In this document: in pieces, positions 25,584 through 36,397 of the stretch
Numbering within the stretch: position 1 is the stretch's first letter
Layout of the letters: every line of letters starts with the position of its first letter
DNA from: Gemmatimonadota bacterium
Lineage (GTDB): Bacteria; Gemmatimonadota; Gemmatimonadetes; Gemmatimonadales; GWC2-71-9
NCBI GenBank assembly: GCA_041499375.1
Contig: JBGQKD010000002.1
Span: 85,823-149,822, forward strand
DNA length: 64,000 bases
Direction: 5' to 3'
Program-made: the position numbers and the translations under genes
The notes under the pieces: generated by a model
Databases searched by the model: none
Seen by the model: the letters and a program-made list of their open reading frames with translations, nothing else
Told to the model about the DNA's origin: nothing

Positions 25584-26443
25584 CGCGATCGCTGGTGTTG
25601 CTGGTCATCCTGTCAGCTGCGTGTAGCAGACGGGATCGCGTCGTCGTCGGCTCGAAGAACTTCACCGAGTCCGATCTGTTGTCGGAAATCGTGGCGCAGC
25701 AAATCGAGCGCCGCACGTCGCTGCCGGTGGAGCGACGGTTGCATTTGGGGGGTACGTTCGTCTGTCATCACGCGATCACGGCGGGCGACATCGACATGTA
25801 CGTCGAGTACACGGGCACGGCGTTCACGGCCATCCTGAAGCAGCCGCCGATCGCCAATCCCGACAGCGTGTATCGCTTCGTCGCGGCGGCGTACGCGCGC
25901 GATTTCCAGCTGCGTTGGACGGCGCCGCTGGGCTTCAACAATACGTTCGCCATCCTGGTACGACGCGCCGATGCGGAGCGCTACGGCTTGCGGTCGATTG
26001 CCGATCTCGCGCGCGTGGCGCCGCACTGGAAGGCGGGATTCGGCTACGAGTTCCTGGAGCGAGCCGACGGGTTCGCCGGCCTGGCCAAGGTTTACAGCCT
26101 GACCTTCGCGCAGCCGCCGACGTCGATGGACCTGGGACTCACGTACCGCGCGCTGGCCGACCGACGGGTGGATGTCATCGCCGGGAACTCGACCGACGGG
26201 CAGATCGCCGCGCTCGATCTGGTGGCGTTGAGCGACGATCGCGGCTACTTCCCGCCATACCAGGCGGCCCCGGTTGTCAGGGCGGCGACGCTCGAGAAAT
26301 ATCCCGCGGTTGCCGCAGCGCTGGCGGAGCTGGGTGGCAAGATATCAGATGCGGAGATGCGACGGCTGAACGCATTGGCCGATGTGGAGCATAAGGACAT
26401 CGCGGACATCGCGCGCACGTGGCTTGCGGAGCGGGTCCCCTAA
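25580..26443 (+). CDS. Glycine betaine ABC transporter substrate-binding lipoprotein (OpuAC family)
   Basis: Lipobox SAAC; VGSKNFTE, YVEYTGT, GFNNTFA, ERADG, TDG, FPPYQA. Confidence 0.9.
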   Translation: MTRSLVLLVILSAACSRRDRVVVGSKNFTESDLLSEIVAQQIERRTSLPVERRLHLGGTFVCHHAITAGDIDMYVEYTGTAFTAILKQPPIANPDSVYRFVAAAYARDFQLRWTAPLGFNNTFAILVRRADAERYGLRSIADLARVAPHWKAGFGYEFLERADGFAGLAKVYSLTFAQPPTSMDLGLTYRALADRRVDVIAGNSTDGQIAALDLVALSDDRGYFPPYQAAPVVRAATLEKYPAVAAALAELGGKISDAEMRRLNALADVEHKDIADIARTWLAERVP

Positions 26444-26454
26444 GGAGGCTTCCG

Positions 26455-26892
26455 ATGGCAGAAGCAGAGGGTGTGGTTGTCGTTCGGGGCGGTGCAAAAG
26501 GGTTCGTGCAGGAGATCAGCGCCGGCCGTCATCATCTCGTCGCGGATGAGCCTGTTACCTCGGGTGGCACGGACCGTGGACCGGGTCCCTACGACCTGCT
26601 CATGTCGGCACTCGGTGCCTGCATGTCCATGACCATCGCGCTCTATGCGCGAACGAAAAAGTGGCCGCTCGAGAGCGTCGAGGTCCGCTTGACTCACTCG
26701 CGAGTGTACGCCAAGGACTGCCTCGACTGCGTGGTCAGGGACGATACATTGTTGGATCGGATCGATACACAGGTTAAGCTCTCGGGCGCGCTCACGGCGG
26801 AGCAAGAGCAGAAGTTGATGGAGGTGGCGCACAAGTGTCCGGTGCATCGGACCCTGAAGTCCCAGATCGAGATTCGGGAAGTGACTGGATGA
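26455..26892 (+). CDS. OsmC family protein
   Basis: AAGGAGG RBS; ADEP...GG.D.GP.PYDLL..ALGAC, KCPVHRTL. Confidence 0.9.
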   Translation: MAEAEGVVVVRGGAKGFVQEISAGRHHLVADEPVTSGGTDRGPGPYDLLMSALGACMSMTIALYARTKKWPLESVEVRLTHSRVYAKDCLDCVVRDDTLLDRIDTQVKLSGALTAEQEQKLMEVAHKCPVHRTLKSQIEIREVTG

Positions 26893-27398
26893 CGGCGAAC
26901 AACCCACTCACCGGGCTGCCTGTCGGGACAGTGCCTCTCAAACAGGTCCACAGTCAGGCAGGTCTGGAGTTCCTGCGGGGGATCTCGGCTGGGCGGTATC
27001 CGATGCCACCGATGTCGGCCGTAATTCCCGTTGCTCCACTCGAAATCGAATTCGGCCGTGGTGCGTTCCGGGCAGTCCCCGACGAGCGCTTCTACAATAC
27101 AATCGGCTCGATACACGGCGGTTACGCGGCGACGCTGCTCGACACCGCCATGGGGTGCGCCGTTCATTCTACCATCAAGGCGGGCGAAGGCTACGCGAGT
27201 CTCGAGATCAAGATCGCGTACCACAAACCGATCACGCCGCACACGGGTGAGTTGCGGATCGAGGGCCGCATCGTGTCGCGGGGGACGCGGGTGGCGGCAG
27301 CGGAGGGGCGGATCACCGACGCCAAGGGCGAGCTGATCGCTTCTGGAACGACGACCTGTCTGATCTTTGCGGTGAAAGAGGACGACGTACGAGCGTAG
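26889..27398 (+). CDS. PaaI family thioesterase
   Basis: [23 protein letters not shown] hotdog-fold motif. Confidence 0.9.
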   Translation: MTANNPLTGLPVGTVPLKQVHSQAGLEFLRGISAGRYPMPPMSAVIPVAPLEIEFGRGAFRAVPDERFYNTIGSIHGGYAATLLDTAMGCAVHSTIKAGEGYASLEIKIAYHKPITPHTGELRIEGRIVSRGTRVAAAEGRITDAKGELIASGTTTCLIFAVKEDDVRA

Positions 27399-27426
27399 TC
27401 ACTGGGCCAAGAATAGGAGTGTCCGC

Positions 27427-27951
27427 ATGACAGATTCGACCGAACGTGCCGTGCTCGCGGGTGGCTGCTTTTGGGGAATGCAGGATTTGCTGCGACGTTA
27501 CCCGGGCGTGATCTCCACGCGGGTCGGGTACACTGGCGGCGACGTTCCCAACGCTACGTACGGCAATCACGGCACGCACGCCGAGGCGATCGAGATCGTC
27601 TTCGATCCGCGGCAGATCAGCTACCGTAGGTTGCTGGAGTTCTTCTTTCAGATTCATGACCCGACGACAAAAAACCGTCAGGGCAACGACCGGGGGACGA
27701 GCTACCGCTCGGCAATCTTCTATACCAACGACAGCCAGAAGAAAACCGCGTACGACACGATTGCCGATGTCGAGGCCTCGGGCCTGTGGCCAGGGAAGGT
27801 CGTCACGGAGGTAGCGCCTGCCGGTCCGTTCTGGGAGGCCGAGCCGGAGCATCAGGATTATCTCGAGCGCTATCCCGATGGATACACCTGCCACTTCGTT
27901 CGGCCCGACTGGGTGCTCCCCAAGCGAGAGGCTTCGCCGCTCACGACGTAG
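27427..27951 (+). CDS. msrA: Peptide methionine sulfoxide reductase A
   Basis: [41 protein letters not shown]. Confidence 0.95.
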   Translation: MTDSTERAVLAGGCFWGMQDLLRRYPGVISTRVGYTGGDVPNATYGNHGTHAEAIEIVFDPRQISYRRLLEFFFQIHDPTTKNRQGNDRGTSYRSAIFYTNDSQKKTAYDTIADVEASGLWPGKVVTEVAPAGPFWEAEPEHQDYLERYPDGYTCHFVRPDWVLPKREASPLTT

Positions 27952-29548
27952 ACTCGTCTTCGCGGCCCAACGCTATGAAGTGTGTCGTGCGTTCATGGCC
28001 CACGGTGAGCGCGCGAACACGCTCCTGGATCTCGCGGTCCGCCTGAGTCGTCCGCTCGTGTTGGCGCAGGTGCTCCGCCCACGACTCCACTAGCCAGTAT
28101 TCCACACAGCGCTTCGGATTCGCGGAGTCGACGAATAGCTCCCAAAACACCGCGCCGTCGCGCCGGCGAATCGGCCGGAGGAGATCGCGCGCAGCCGCAG
28201 CAAATGCGGCGCGTTGATGTGGCTCGATCGTATACTCGACCATCACGAGCACCGGCCCCGCTTCGTCCGCCAGTTCCTCAGCAACGACCGGATCCTCCCA
28301 GTTGCGCGACGGCTCGAGATCGAGGGTCTCGGCGGCGGCCAGGCGAAACCGCGGGATCAGACCCAGTCCGAGAACCATGCCCGCTGCCGCCGCTGACAGT
28401 GCCCACGCCACCCCCACGCGGTTCGCCACGACGCCCCAGACCACAGCCCCGACCGCGAGCGATCCGAACAGCGTGAGCGTCGATATCGCGAGCGCGCGGC
28501 CGCGCACCCAGCCGGCCGCGCCACGTTGCGCCGCGAGCAGCAGGCTCGAAACCGTGGTGAGCCAGCCGGCTCCCGCGAGCACCATCGCTCCTGCCAGGAT
28601 GCCGAAGTTGCTCACCCACGCGAGCGCGGCACATCCGAGTGCGAAGACACCTGTCGCGACCGCCGTGATCGCGTCCGTTGACCACCGTTTGCGCCAGCTC
28701 GGTAATAGCGCCGCGCCGATGAGCCCACCGATGCCCAGACTGCCCACAAGCACCCCGTAGGAGACCGCGCCCCGCCCGAGCGAGGTCTTCACGACCACCG
28801 GGAGCAGCGCCCACAGCGCGCTCGCGAACGCCACGAACGCGGGAGTCCGGACGATGACGTTCCGCAGAGCCGGCGCATACCGCACATACCGGACGCCGGC
28901 GCGCATCGCCGACACCAGCCGCTCCGCCGGCAGCACGGCGCGACTCGGCTCCCGCCGCCAGCGCCAGAGCACGAAGAAGACCCCCAACACCGACAGAGCA
29001 TTGATGAAGAAGACCGGCCCGGGTCCGCCGGCGACGATGATCAGGCCCGCGAGGGCAGGTCCGATCGCGCGCGCGATGTTGATCGCGATGCTGCCGAGTC
29101 CGACGGCCGCGGGCAATTCCTCGCGCGGAACCGTTTCGGGAATGATGGCCTGCCAGGCGGGCAGGTCGATGGCGCTGCCGGCACCGATCGCGAGCGTGAT
29201 CACGAGCAGCATCCAGGGCTGGATGACGCCGGTGATCGTCAGGACGCCGAGCAACGCGGTCGTCAGGAACCACCACACCTGCGCAATGAGCAGGATTCGT
29301 CGCCGGTCGAAAATGTCCGCGAGGGCACCGGCGGGAAGCGCGAGCAGGAACAGGGGCAGTGTTGTGGCGGCTTGCACCAGCGAGACCATCAGTGGCGAGG
29401 GCGAGAGCAACGTCATCAGCCACGCCGCCGCCGAGTCGTGCATCCAGGTGCCGATGTTGGAAGCGACGTCGGCGATCCAGAGACTCCGGAACAGTGGCCG
29501 GCGCAGCGGACTCCAGGCGGACGGGGCGGGCGGGGGAGGGGCGGTCAC
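27941..29548 (-). CDS. MFS transporter (MFS_3/DUF894 type with C-terminal soluble extension)
   Basis: [36 protein letters not shown]; C-terminal [25 protein letters not shown]. Confidence 0.9.
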   Translation of the reverse strand: MTAPPPPAPSAWSPLRRPLFRSLWIADVASNIGTWMHDSAAAWLMTLLSPSPLMVSLVQAATTLPLFLLALPAGALADIFDRRRILLIAQVWWFLTTALLGVLTITGVIQPWMLLVITLAIGAGSAIDLPAWQAIIPETVPREELPAAVGLGSIAINIARAIGPALAGLIIVAGGPGPVFFINALSVLGVFFVLWRWRREPSRAVLPAERLVSAMRAGVRYVRYAPALRNVIVRTPAFVAFASALWALLPVVVKTSLGRGAVSYGVLVGSLGIGGLIGAALLPSWRKRWSTDAITAVATGVFALGCAALAWVSNFGILAGAMVLAGAGWLTTVSSLLLAAQRGAAGWVRGRALAISTLTLFGSLAVGAVVWGVVANRVGVAWALSAAAAGMVLGLGLIPRFRLAAAETLDLEPSRNWEDPVVAEELADEAGPVLVMVEYTIEPHQRAAFAAAARDLLRPIRRRDGAVFWELFVDSANPKRCVEYWLVESWAEHLRQHERTTQADREIQERVRALTVGHERTTHFIALGREDESTS

Positions 29549-30069
29549 GCCCCCGAATTTACGCTCGCAATGGCCGCCCGCAGGCTGCCCTCATCCCGCT
29601 TGCCGCGATACCGCTCGCCATTGATGAAAATCGACGGCGTTCCTTCCACACCGTTCGCGATGCCGCTCTGAACGTCCCGTTCCACGCGCCCGGCGAATTG
29701 GTGTGTGGACATCGCCTTGAGATAGGCGCGCATGTTCACGCCGGTTGCCGTTGCGCGCTCCTCGAGGTCAGGAGCCTCGAGGTGGTACTGATCGGCGAAC
29801 AGGGAGTCGTGCATGCGCCAAAAAGCGTCCGGCCCTGCGAGCGCCGAGACCGTTTCCGCCGCTTCGGCGGCCAGCTGCGCATGCGGATGGATCTCGCGCA
29901 GCGGGAAGTAGCGATACACATAGCGGAACCGATCGCTGTCCCGACGTCGCAGCTGCAGGGTGACCAGCTCCAGCGCGCGGGTGTACGGGCACTCGTAGTC
30001 CCCGTAGACGAGGATCGTCACCGGCCCCGATCCCCGCACGTGATCGTCTTTCTCCACGGTCACCGTCAT
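29545..30069 (-). CDS. DsbA/Thioredoxin_4 family protein (CPYT variant)
   Basis: [37 protein letters not shown]. Confidence 0.85.
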   Translation of the reverse strand: MTVTVEKDDHVRGSGPVTILVYGDYECPYTRALELVTLQLRRRDSDRFRYVYRYFPLREIHPHAQLAAEAAETVSALAGPDAFWRMHDSLFADQYHLEAPDLEERATATGVNMRAYLKAMSTHQFAGRVERDVQSGIANGVEGTPSIFINGERYRGKRDEGSLRAAIASVNSGA

Positions 30070-31133
30070 AGCGTCTCCTTCGCAACTTCGTGGCGTAGCG
30101 CCGGTGCGACCTGCGTGCCGAGCAGCTCGATGGCACGCATGAGCTTGGCGTGGGGCAGGGAAGAGGCGTTCATCTGAAACGTGATGCGAGAAATCCCACC
30201 CAGCGCCTCGCTGTGCCGAATGATCTTCTCGACCACTTCGTCGGGCTCGCCGATCAGCAGCGCACCATAGGTCCCGCGCTGCGCGTCGAACTGGGCCCGT
30301 GTCGAGGGCGGCCAGCCGCGCTCTCGCGCGACCGAGGTGATGGCGCGCGCGTAACCTGGATAGAAGTCATCCGCGGCTTCCTGTGTGGTGGCCGCGACAT
30401 AGCCGAGGGAGTGGACGCCGACCTTGAGACGATCGCGCGAATGTCCGGCGCGCTCGGCGGCCTCCCAATAGAGGTCGACAAGCGGCCGGAAGCGATGCGT
30501 CTCACCGCCGATGATCGCGACCATCAGTGGAAGCCCCAGCGTGCCCGCCCGCACGAACGATTCCGGCGTGCCGCCGACGCCCAACCAGATCGGCAGCGGA
30601 TTCTGCACGGGCCTGGGGTAGACGCCCTGACCGGTCAGCGCCGGGCGGTGTCTGCCGGACCAATGTACCTGCTCGTGCTCCCGGATCTTCAGGAGCAGGT
30701 CGAGCTTCTCGGCGAAGAGCGAGTCGTAGTCTTCGAGCCGCAGCCCGAAGAGCGGAAACGCGTCGATGAACGAGCCGCGCCCGACCACCATCTCCGCGCG
30801 TCCCTGCGACAGCAGATCGAGCGTCGCGAAGTTCTGGAAGACGCGGACCGGATCGGCGGCGCTCAGGACGGTGACGGCGCTCGTTAGTCGGATGCGCTGC
30901 GTGCGCGAGGCCGCCGCCGCGAGAATGATCGGCGGAGCCGAATCGAGATAATCCCGACGGTGATGCTCGCCGATGCCAAAGACGTCCAGACCTACTTCAT
31001 CGGCGTGTACGATCTGTTCGACCAGATCCCTCAGGCGTTGCGACGGACTGACCGCGAGGCTCGCCTCGTCGTACGCCGCGGCAAAACTGTCGATGCCAAC
31101 TTCTATTCCCGTGCTACCCGACACAGCAATCAC
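30066..31133 (-). CDS. LLM class flavin-dependent oxidoreductase
   Basis: [48 protein letters not shown]. Confidence 0.9.
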   Translation of the reverse strand: MIAVSGSTGIEVGIDSFAAAYDEASLAVSPSQRLRDLVEQIVHADEVGLDVFGIGEHHRRDYLDSAPPIILAAAASRTQRIRLTSAVTVLSAADPVRVFQNFATLDLLSQGRAEMVVGRGSFIDAFPLFGLRLEDYDSLFAEKLDLLLKIREHEQVHWSGRHRPALTGQGVYPRPVQNPLPIWLGVGGTPESFVRAGTLGLPLMVAIIGGETHRFRPLVDLYWEAAERAGHSRDRLKVGVHSLGYVAATTQEAADDFYPGYARAITSVARERGWPPSTRAQFDAQRGTYGALLIGEPDEVVEKIIRHSEALGGISRITFQMNASSLPHAKLMRAIELLGTQVAPALRHEVAKETL

Positions 31134-31147
31134 GCTCCAATAGTGGT

Positions 31148-31489
31148 TTAGCGGTGGCGAGGCTTCGCCTCTTCGATCACGAGCTCGCGCCCCCAGCGTT
31201 CGATGGCTTCGGCAAGCTGGCCAAAGGTGCGCCCGCTGCGGGTCAACTCGTAGGCCACGCGGACGGGCGGACCCGCGTCGACATGACGTACCAGCAGTCC
31301 GCGGACTTCCAGGTCCTTCAACCGTGCCGACAGGACCTTATCCCCCGGCCCCTTGGCGCGCTCGGAGAGCTCGCTGAACCGCAGCTGCCCCCCCTGCAAA
31401 ACATTCAGGATCAGTGCATTCCACGGCCGTCCCAGGACCTGAATCGCAGTCTGGAACGTGCGGCATTGGGAATCCACCGGTTTCGTCAT
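31148..31489 (-). CDS. HxlR-family (MarR-type wHTH) transcriptional regulator
   Basis: N-terminal Cys (SQC), [34 protein letters not shown]. Confidence 0.88.
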   Translation of the reverse strand: MTKPVDSQCRTFQTAIQVLGRPWNALILNVLQGGQLRFSELSERAKGPGDKVLSARLKDLEVRGLLVRHVDAGPPVRVAYELTRSGRTFGQLAEAIERWGRELVIEEAKPRHR

Positions 31490-31510
31490 GCCCACAGTGT
31501 ACCCCCGGCG

Positions 31511-31558
31511 CTTCCCAAAGGAAAGCCCCTTGACATCGGGAAGTGATAGGGTGACATT
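31511..31558 (+). promoter_or_regulatory. Probable sigma70 promoter of doxX gene with adjacent inverted repeat (possible HxlR operator)
   Basis: TTGACA 31530-31535, 17-nt spacer, GACATT 31553-31558; CTTCC-CAAA-GGAAAG at 31511-31525. Confidence 0.5.
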
Positions 31559-31608
31559 CCTTTCCGTTTGATAGTTCCATTCCACATGAAAGTGCTGGGA
31601 AAACAACG

Positions 31609-32133
31609 ATGAGTATTGGACTCTTGATCTTGCGCCTGGTGGTTGGCCTGACCCTGGCCGCGCACGGCGCGCAGAAGCTCCTCGGCCTGACTCAGACGGG
31701 GGCCGCATTTGAGCAGCTCGGCTTCGTGCCCGGACGGCGGGCCGCCTTGGCGGCTGGTCTCGCCGAAGTCGGCGCCGGCCTGTTGCTGGCGCTCGGCCTG
31801 GCGACCCCGGTCGCCGCAGCGATCGCACTCTCCGTGATGGTGGTGGCGGGTGTGAGCGCGCATGCCCCGAAGGGCTTCTTCGCACACAACGGCGGCTACG
31901 AGTACACGCTGATCCTTGGAATCGCGGCCCTCAGCATCGCGTTTACGGGCCCCGGCCTGCTGTCGCTCGACGCCGTCCTGGGCGTTCGCGATGCCGGATC
32001 CGCGTGGGGGCTGGCCGCATTGGTCGTCGGTCTCGCTCGGGCGGGTTTGCAGCTCGCTAGGCGGCAGTTTCCGGCCCCCAGCACCGTGAGCCCTGGCGAG
32101 CCTGATAAAGGCGAAACTGTTGCTGGTGACTAA
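31609..32133 (+). CDS. DoxX family membrane protein
   Basis: LLILRLVVG..LAAHGAQKL, E...GLLLALGL, GGYEY, GPG..SLD. Confidence 0.9.
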   Translation: MSIGLLILRLVVGLTLAAHGAQKLLGLTQTGAAFEQLGFVPGRRAALAAGLAEVGAGLLLALGLATPVAAAIALSVMVVAGVSAHAPKGFFAHNGGYEYTLILGIAALSIAFTGPGLLSLDAVLGVRDAGSAWGLAALVVGLARAGLQLARRQFPAPSTVSPGEPDKGETVAGD

Positions 32134-32168
32134 GCGTTCAGTTTGGCAGTCTTTATGAGCACACCCGC

Positions 32169-32999
32169 ATGAGCGCACCCTTACGTCTGACCCGAGTGGC
32201 CTTCGGCGCCGTGCAGCGGGCCTCCCCCCGCCTCGCGGCGCTGTGGGCCGAGCGCATTTTCTGCACGCCCCCCCGCCGTCCGATCAGCGAGCGCATGGCC
32301 AGCTGGCTGCGCGAGGCGCAGCGCTTCACGGTTACCGTGGGGGGACGACGCGTCGCGGCGTGGTCGTGGGGCGAGCGCGGTCCGGGCGTTCTGCTGGTCC
32401 ACGGGTGGGGGAGCCGCGGCGGTCGCTTCGTGGACCTCGGCAACGCCCTGCTTGCGCAGGGGCATCGCGTGGTGACGTTCGATGCGCCGGGACACGGCGC
32501 TTCCGCGGGCCGGCTGAGCTCTGGACCGGAGTTCGCCCGCGCCGCGCAGGCCGTCGTGAACGCGGTCGGGCCCGTCAGCCACGTCGTCGGGCATTCCGTG
32601 GGCGGGTTCGCGTCGGCGCTCGCGATCGGTCGAGGTCTCGCCGTGCGTCGCGCGGTGTTTCTAGCCCCGTCGGCCAACGTGAACAGTTACAGCGCGCAGT
32701 TCGCAGCGCTGCTCGGCGTCGATAAGCCAGTCATGGCGTCGATGCGCGGCCGCCTCGAGCGGCGCTTGGGCTTCTCCTGGAAGGATCTCAACATCCCGGC
32801 GTTTGCCCCCGCCATGCGGGTGCCGCTCCTGGTGATCCACGATCGCGACGACCGCGAGGTCGGTTGGAGTGATGGCGCCGCCATCGCGCAGACATGGCCC
32901 GGCGCCGAGCTGGTCACGACCACGGGGTTGGGGCATCATCGGATCGTCAGCGATCCGGCCGTGATCCGTCAGGTTGTAACGTTTCTCAGCCGGCCCTAA
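32169..32999 (+). CDS. Alpha/beta fold hydrolase
   Basis: LLVHGW, FDAPGHG, GHSVGG nucleophile, HDRDD, GLGH. Confidence 0.9.
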   Translation: MSAPLRLTRVAFGAVQRASPRLAALWAERIFCTPPRRPISERMASWLREAQRFTVTVGGRRVAAWSWGERGPGVLLVHGWGSRGGRFVDLGNALLAQGHRVVTFDAPGHGASAGRLSSGPEFARAAQAVVNAVGPVSHVVGHSVGGFASALAIGRGLAVRRAVFLAPSANVNSYSAQFAALLGVDKPVMASMRGRLERRLGFSWKDLNIPAFAPAMRVPLLVIHDRDDREVGWSDGAAIAQTWPGAELVTTTGLGHHRIVSDPAVIRQVVTFLSRP

Positions 33000-33039
33000 G
33001 TCCACTACCGGGACGGGGGCCGGCACTCCATGTTTTCGC

Positions 33040-33357
33040 ATGGCTAATAATCGCGGAGCAGACGAAGACCGCGCCGCCGCTGAAGTGTCTGACCGGCTGC
33101 GGCAGCGTGGCGTTGCGGTGACCGGAGCCGAGCGTTCGGATGATCTCGCGGATCTGCTGTCGGCCGTCGAGCGCTTCGAGAAAACGGTGGAGGCGCACGG
33201 CGGCGACTTGATGGTCGACGATCTGAAGAGCACGCAGCCCGACGACCGCCATTTCGTGCTGCCGCGCCGCGAGCACGGCGAATCAATCCGGACTTACATC
33301 GTCCGCATCTACGAGGCCGCCGACGGACTGCGTCGCCATCCGCGGCGGCCCGACTAG
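33040..33357 (+). CDS. Hypothetical protein
   Basis: 105-aa ORF with host-like composition filling the intergenic gap. Confidence 0.6.
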   Translation: MANNRGADEDRAAAEVSDRLRQRGVAVTGAERSDDLADLLSAVERFEKTVEAHGGDLMVDDLKSTQPDDRHFVLPRREHGESIRTYIVRIYEAADGLRRHPRRPD

Positions 33358-33635
33358 AGCGGCCGCGGCGCGGGCTCGAACATGAGCTGGTCGACATAAC
33401 AGAATCCCCAGTCTTCACCGGGCTCGAAGCTGCGCATGATTGGATGTTTAGTCTTGTTGAAGTGCTTCGTGGCGTGCCGGTTGCGGGAGTCGTCGCAGCA
33501 GCCGACGTGACCGCACTCGAGGCAGAGCCGCAAGTGCACCCACTCATCGCCTGTCTCCAAACACTCCTCGCAGCCGTCAGGCGTTTTCGGCTTCACGTTA
33601 CGGACTTGCGCGAGATGCTTGCATTGTTGGGCCAT
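33354..33635 (-). CDS. UBP-type zinc finger protein
   Basis: C.H...GCEECL....WVHLRLCLECGHVGCCD.S..RHAT.H...HP..RSFEPGE.W..CY.D. Confidence 0.92.
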   Translation of the reverse strand: MAQQCKHLAQVRNVKPKTPDGCEECLETGDEWVHLRLCLECGHVGCCDDSRNRHATKHFNKTKHPIMRSFEPGEDWGFCYVDQLMFEPAPRPL

Positions 33636-33672
33636 ACTGGAAGCTCTTCCGTCCATGGCTAGTATTCAAGTC

Positions 33673-35370
33673 ATGACCGCAGCGCCTGCCGCGCCCCCCG
33701 CCCCGGCCAATCCCGCCGCCGCTGCTCGTCAGGCGGAAGCATTTCCGCGCCTGACGGCGGCGCAAATCGCCCGCATCGAGCCCCGTGGGCAGCACCGCAC
33801 CGTTCAGGCGGGTGAGGTGCTCGGTGAGGCGGGGGAGCCCGTCACAAAGATATTCGTCGTCGTGTCGGGACGGCTCGACCTCGTGCGGCCGCCGCGCTGG
33901 GTGGGCGAGGATGTGCCGACCTTCAGTGAAGGGATGTTCACGGGCGAGCGATCGATTCTCGCCGGTGGGCGCTTCCTCGCCCGTATCCAGGCGACCACGC
34001 CGTGTGAGGTGATCGAAGTCGCCCGCGAGGCGCTGCTGGATCTGATTCGCACCGATCCGGAGCTGAGCGACATTTTTCTCCGTGCATTCATCCTGCGCCG
34101 CGTGCAGCTGATCGATCAGAACTTCGGCGACGTGCAGCTCCTGGGATCGAACCATTGCCAGGGATCGCTGCAAATCCGCGAGTTTCTTACGCGCAACGGG
34201 CATCCCTACGAATTCGTCGACCTCGATACCGATGCTGACAGCCAGGCGATGCTCGACCAGTTCCACGTGAAGGCCGGCGACATTCCCGTGGTGATCTGCC
34301 GCGGCACCATCGTGCTGCGCAATCCGACGATTCAACAGGTGGCCGACTGCCTCGGATTGAATCCCGCCATCGATCGGACGGCGGTTTGCGATCTCGTCAT
34401 CATCGGCGCGGGGCCGGCGGGGCTCGGCGCCGCCGTGTACGCGGCGTCGGAAGGCTTGAACGTGGTGATGATCGAGGGGAACGCGCCCGGCGGTCAGGCC
34501 GGCACGAGCTCCCGCATCGAGAACTACCTCGGCTTCCCGCTTGGCATCTCCGGCCAGGACCTGGCGTCCCGCGCATACGATCAGGCGCAGAAGTTCGGCG
34601 CCAAGATCCTCATCGCGAGAAAGGTCGCCCGGCTCGACTGCAGCACGAAGCCGTACCGCGTGCAGTGCAGCGAGGGTACCGGCGATCCGTTGCTCACCCG
34701 CGCGATCATCATCGCGAGCGGAGTCCAGTATCGGCGCCTCGCGGTCGAAAATCTGTCGCGCTTCGAGGGTGCCGGCGTGTACTACGCCGCGACGCGCATG
34801 GAGGCGCAGCTCTGCGCGGACGAAGAGATCGCCGTCGTGGGCGGCGCAAACTCCGCGGGCCAGGCCGCCATGTTCCTCGCCGAGACCGCGCAGCGCGTCC
34901 ACATGCTCATTCGCGGCGACGGCCTTGCCAGCACCATGTCGCGCTACCTGATCAGCCGCATCGAAGCACATCCAAAGGTCGAGCTGCACACGCGGACGGA
35001 GATCGTGGGCCTGGAAGGGAATGGCCACGTCGAACAGATCGCGTGGCGTAGCGGTCGAAGCGGACCGGTGGAGAAACAGAAGATCCGTCACGTCTTCACG
35101 ATGACCGGCGCCGAGCCGAGCACGAAGTGGCTCGCGGGCTGCCTGGCGCTTGATCCGAAGGGATTCATCAAGACGGGTGCGGCGCTGAGCGCCGACGATC
35201 TCACAACCGCGAAGTGGCCGCTGCGCCGGTCACCGCACCTGCTTGAAACGAGCCTCCCTGGGGTGTTCGCGGTGGGCGACGTGCGCAGCGGCAGCACCAA
35301 GCGGGTCGCCTCGGCGGTCGGCGAGGGCTCGATTGCGGTGGCGAGTGTCCATCAGGTCCTGGCAGAGTAG
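33673..35370 (+). CDS. cNMP-binding domain / thioredoxin reductase-like FAD oxidoreductase
   Basis: FP.LT..QI cNMP-like N-terminus; IIGAGPAGL.AAVYAASEGL, GGQAGTSSRIENYLGFP, GGANSAGQAA, GDVRSGS.KRVASAVGEG; alternative ATG 33655. Confidence 0.9.
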   Translation: MTAAPAAPPAPANPAAAARQAEAFPRLTAAQIARIEPRGQHRTVQAGEVLGEAGEPVTKIFVVVSGRLDLVRPPRWVGEDVPTFSEGMFTGERSILAGGRFLARIQATTPCEVIEVAREALLDLIRTDPELSDIFLRAFILRRVQLIDQNFGDVQLLGSNHCQGSLQIREFLTRNGHPYEFVDLDTDADSQAMLDQFHVKAGDIPVVICRGTIVLRNPTIQQVADCLGLNPAIDRTAVCDLVIIGAGPAGLGAAVYAASEGLNVVMIEGNAPGGQAGTSSRIENYLGFPLGISGQDLASRAYDQAQKFGAKILIARKVARLDCSTKPYRVQCSEGTGDPLLTRAIIIASGVQYRRLAVENLSRFEGAGVYYAATRMEAQLCADEEIAVVGGANSAGQAAMFLAETAQRVHMLIRGDGLASTMSRYLISRIEAHPKVELHTRTEIVGLEGNGHVEQIAWRSGRSGPVEKQKIRHVFTMTGAEPSTKWLAGCLALDPKGFIKTGAALSADDLTTAKWPLRRSPHLLETSLPGVFAVGDVRSGSTKRVASAVGEGSIAVASVHQVLAE

Positions 35371-35427
35371 CCCCTTCACAACCGGCCCCCCCCAGCCTCG
35401 GCACCATAACAATCGGAGCTGCATTCG

Positions 35428-36397
35428 ATGGGCGCCTCCACACGCACGACGACCCCTCGGGATCTCATTGCCGAGATCAACGAGCTGCGGACGCAACGCC
35501 ACGCCGCTATCCTCGCGCATAATTACCAGCGGCCCGAAATCCAGGACATCGCCGACGTCGTCGCGGATTCGCTCGCGATGGCTCGGCGCGCGACGGAGCT
35601 CGATGCGCCGATCCTCATGATCTGCGGCGTGCACTTCATGGCTGAGACGGCGGCGATCGCGAATCCCGACAAGCGTATTCTGATTCCCGATCCCACCGCC
35701 GGGTGCTCGCTCGCCAGTACGATTCAGGCCGCCGATGTGCGAGCGTGGCGTGGCCGATCACCCCAATGGCCTCGTCGTCGCGTACGTGAATACTGCAGCC
35801 GCAGTGAAGGCTGAGGCCGATTACTGCTGCACCTCGGGCAACGCCGTTGCCGTGATCAATGCACTCCCGCCCGACGTTCCCGTCCTCTTCCTTCCGGACT
35901 TTTTCCTGGGCAATTATCTCCGCAAGGTGACGGGCCGGCCGCTCGACGTGTGGCTCGGCGAGTGCCACGTGCACGCCGGACTGACGCGCGAGACCCTCGA
36001 GCAGCGGCGCGCCGAGTACCCCGACGCCGAGTTCCTCGTGCACCCCGAGTGTGGTTGTGTGACGAGTGCGATGTACTACGCCGAGACCGAAGGCGACCGC
36101 GCGGCAGGTCGCGTACAGATCGTCTCCACGGAGCAAATGATGCGGCGCGCGCGCGTCTCTCCCGCCCGGCGCTTCGTTGTGGCCACGGAGACCGGCGTGC
36201 TGCATCGGTTGCGGCGCGAGAATCCCGGGAAGGAGTTTGTCGCGGCCCGCGAGTCGGCCGAATGCCGTTACATGAAGCAGATCACCCTGGAAAAAGTGCG
36301 CGACGGGCTCCGCGATTTGCAGTACGATGTGACCGTCGCGCCTGAGGTCGCATCACGCGCGCGGCTCGCCATCGATCGGATGCTCGCGATTGGTTGA
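35428..36397 (+). pseudogene. nadA: Quinolinate synthase A, frameshifted (or sequencing error)
   Basis: ILAHNYQ..EIQ, CGVHFMAETA, AGCSLA in first frame; YVNT.A.VKA.AD.CCTS.NA, PD..LG, C.VH, HPEC, C.YMK in second frame; one extra base near 35752. Confidence 0.88.
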
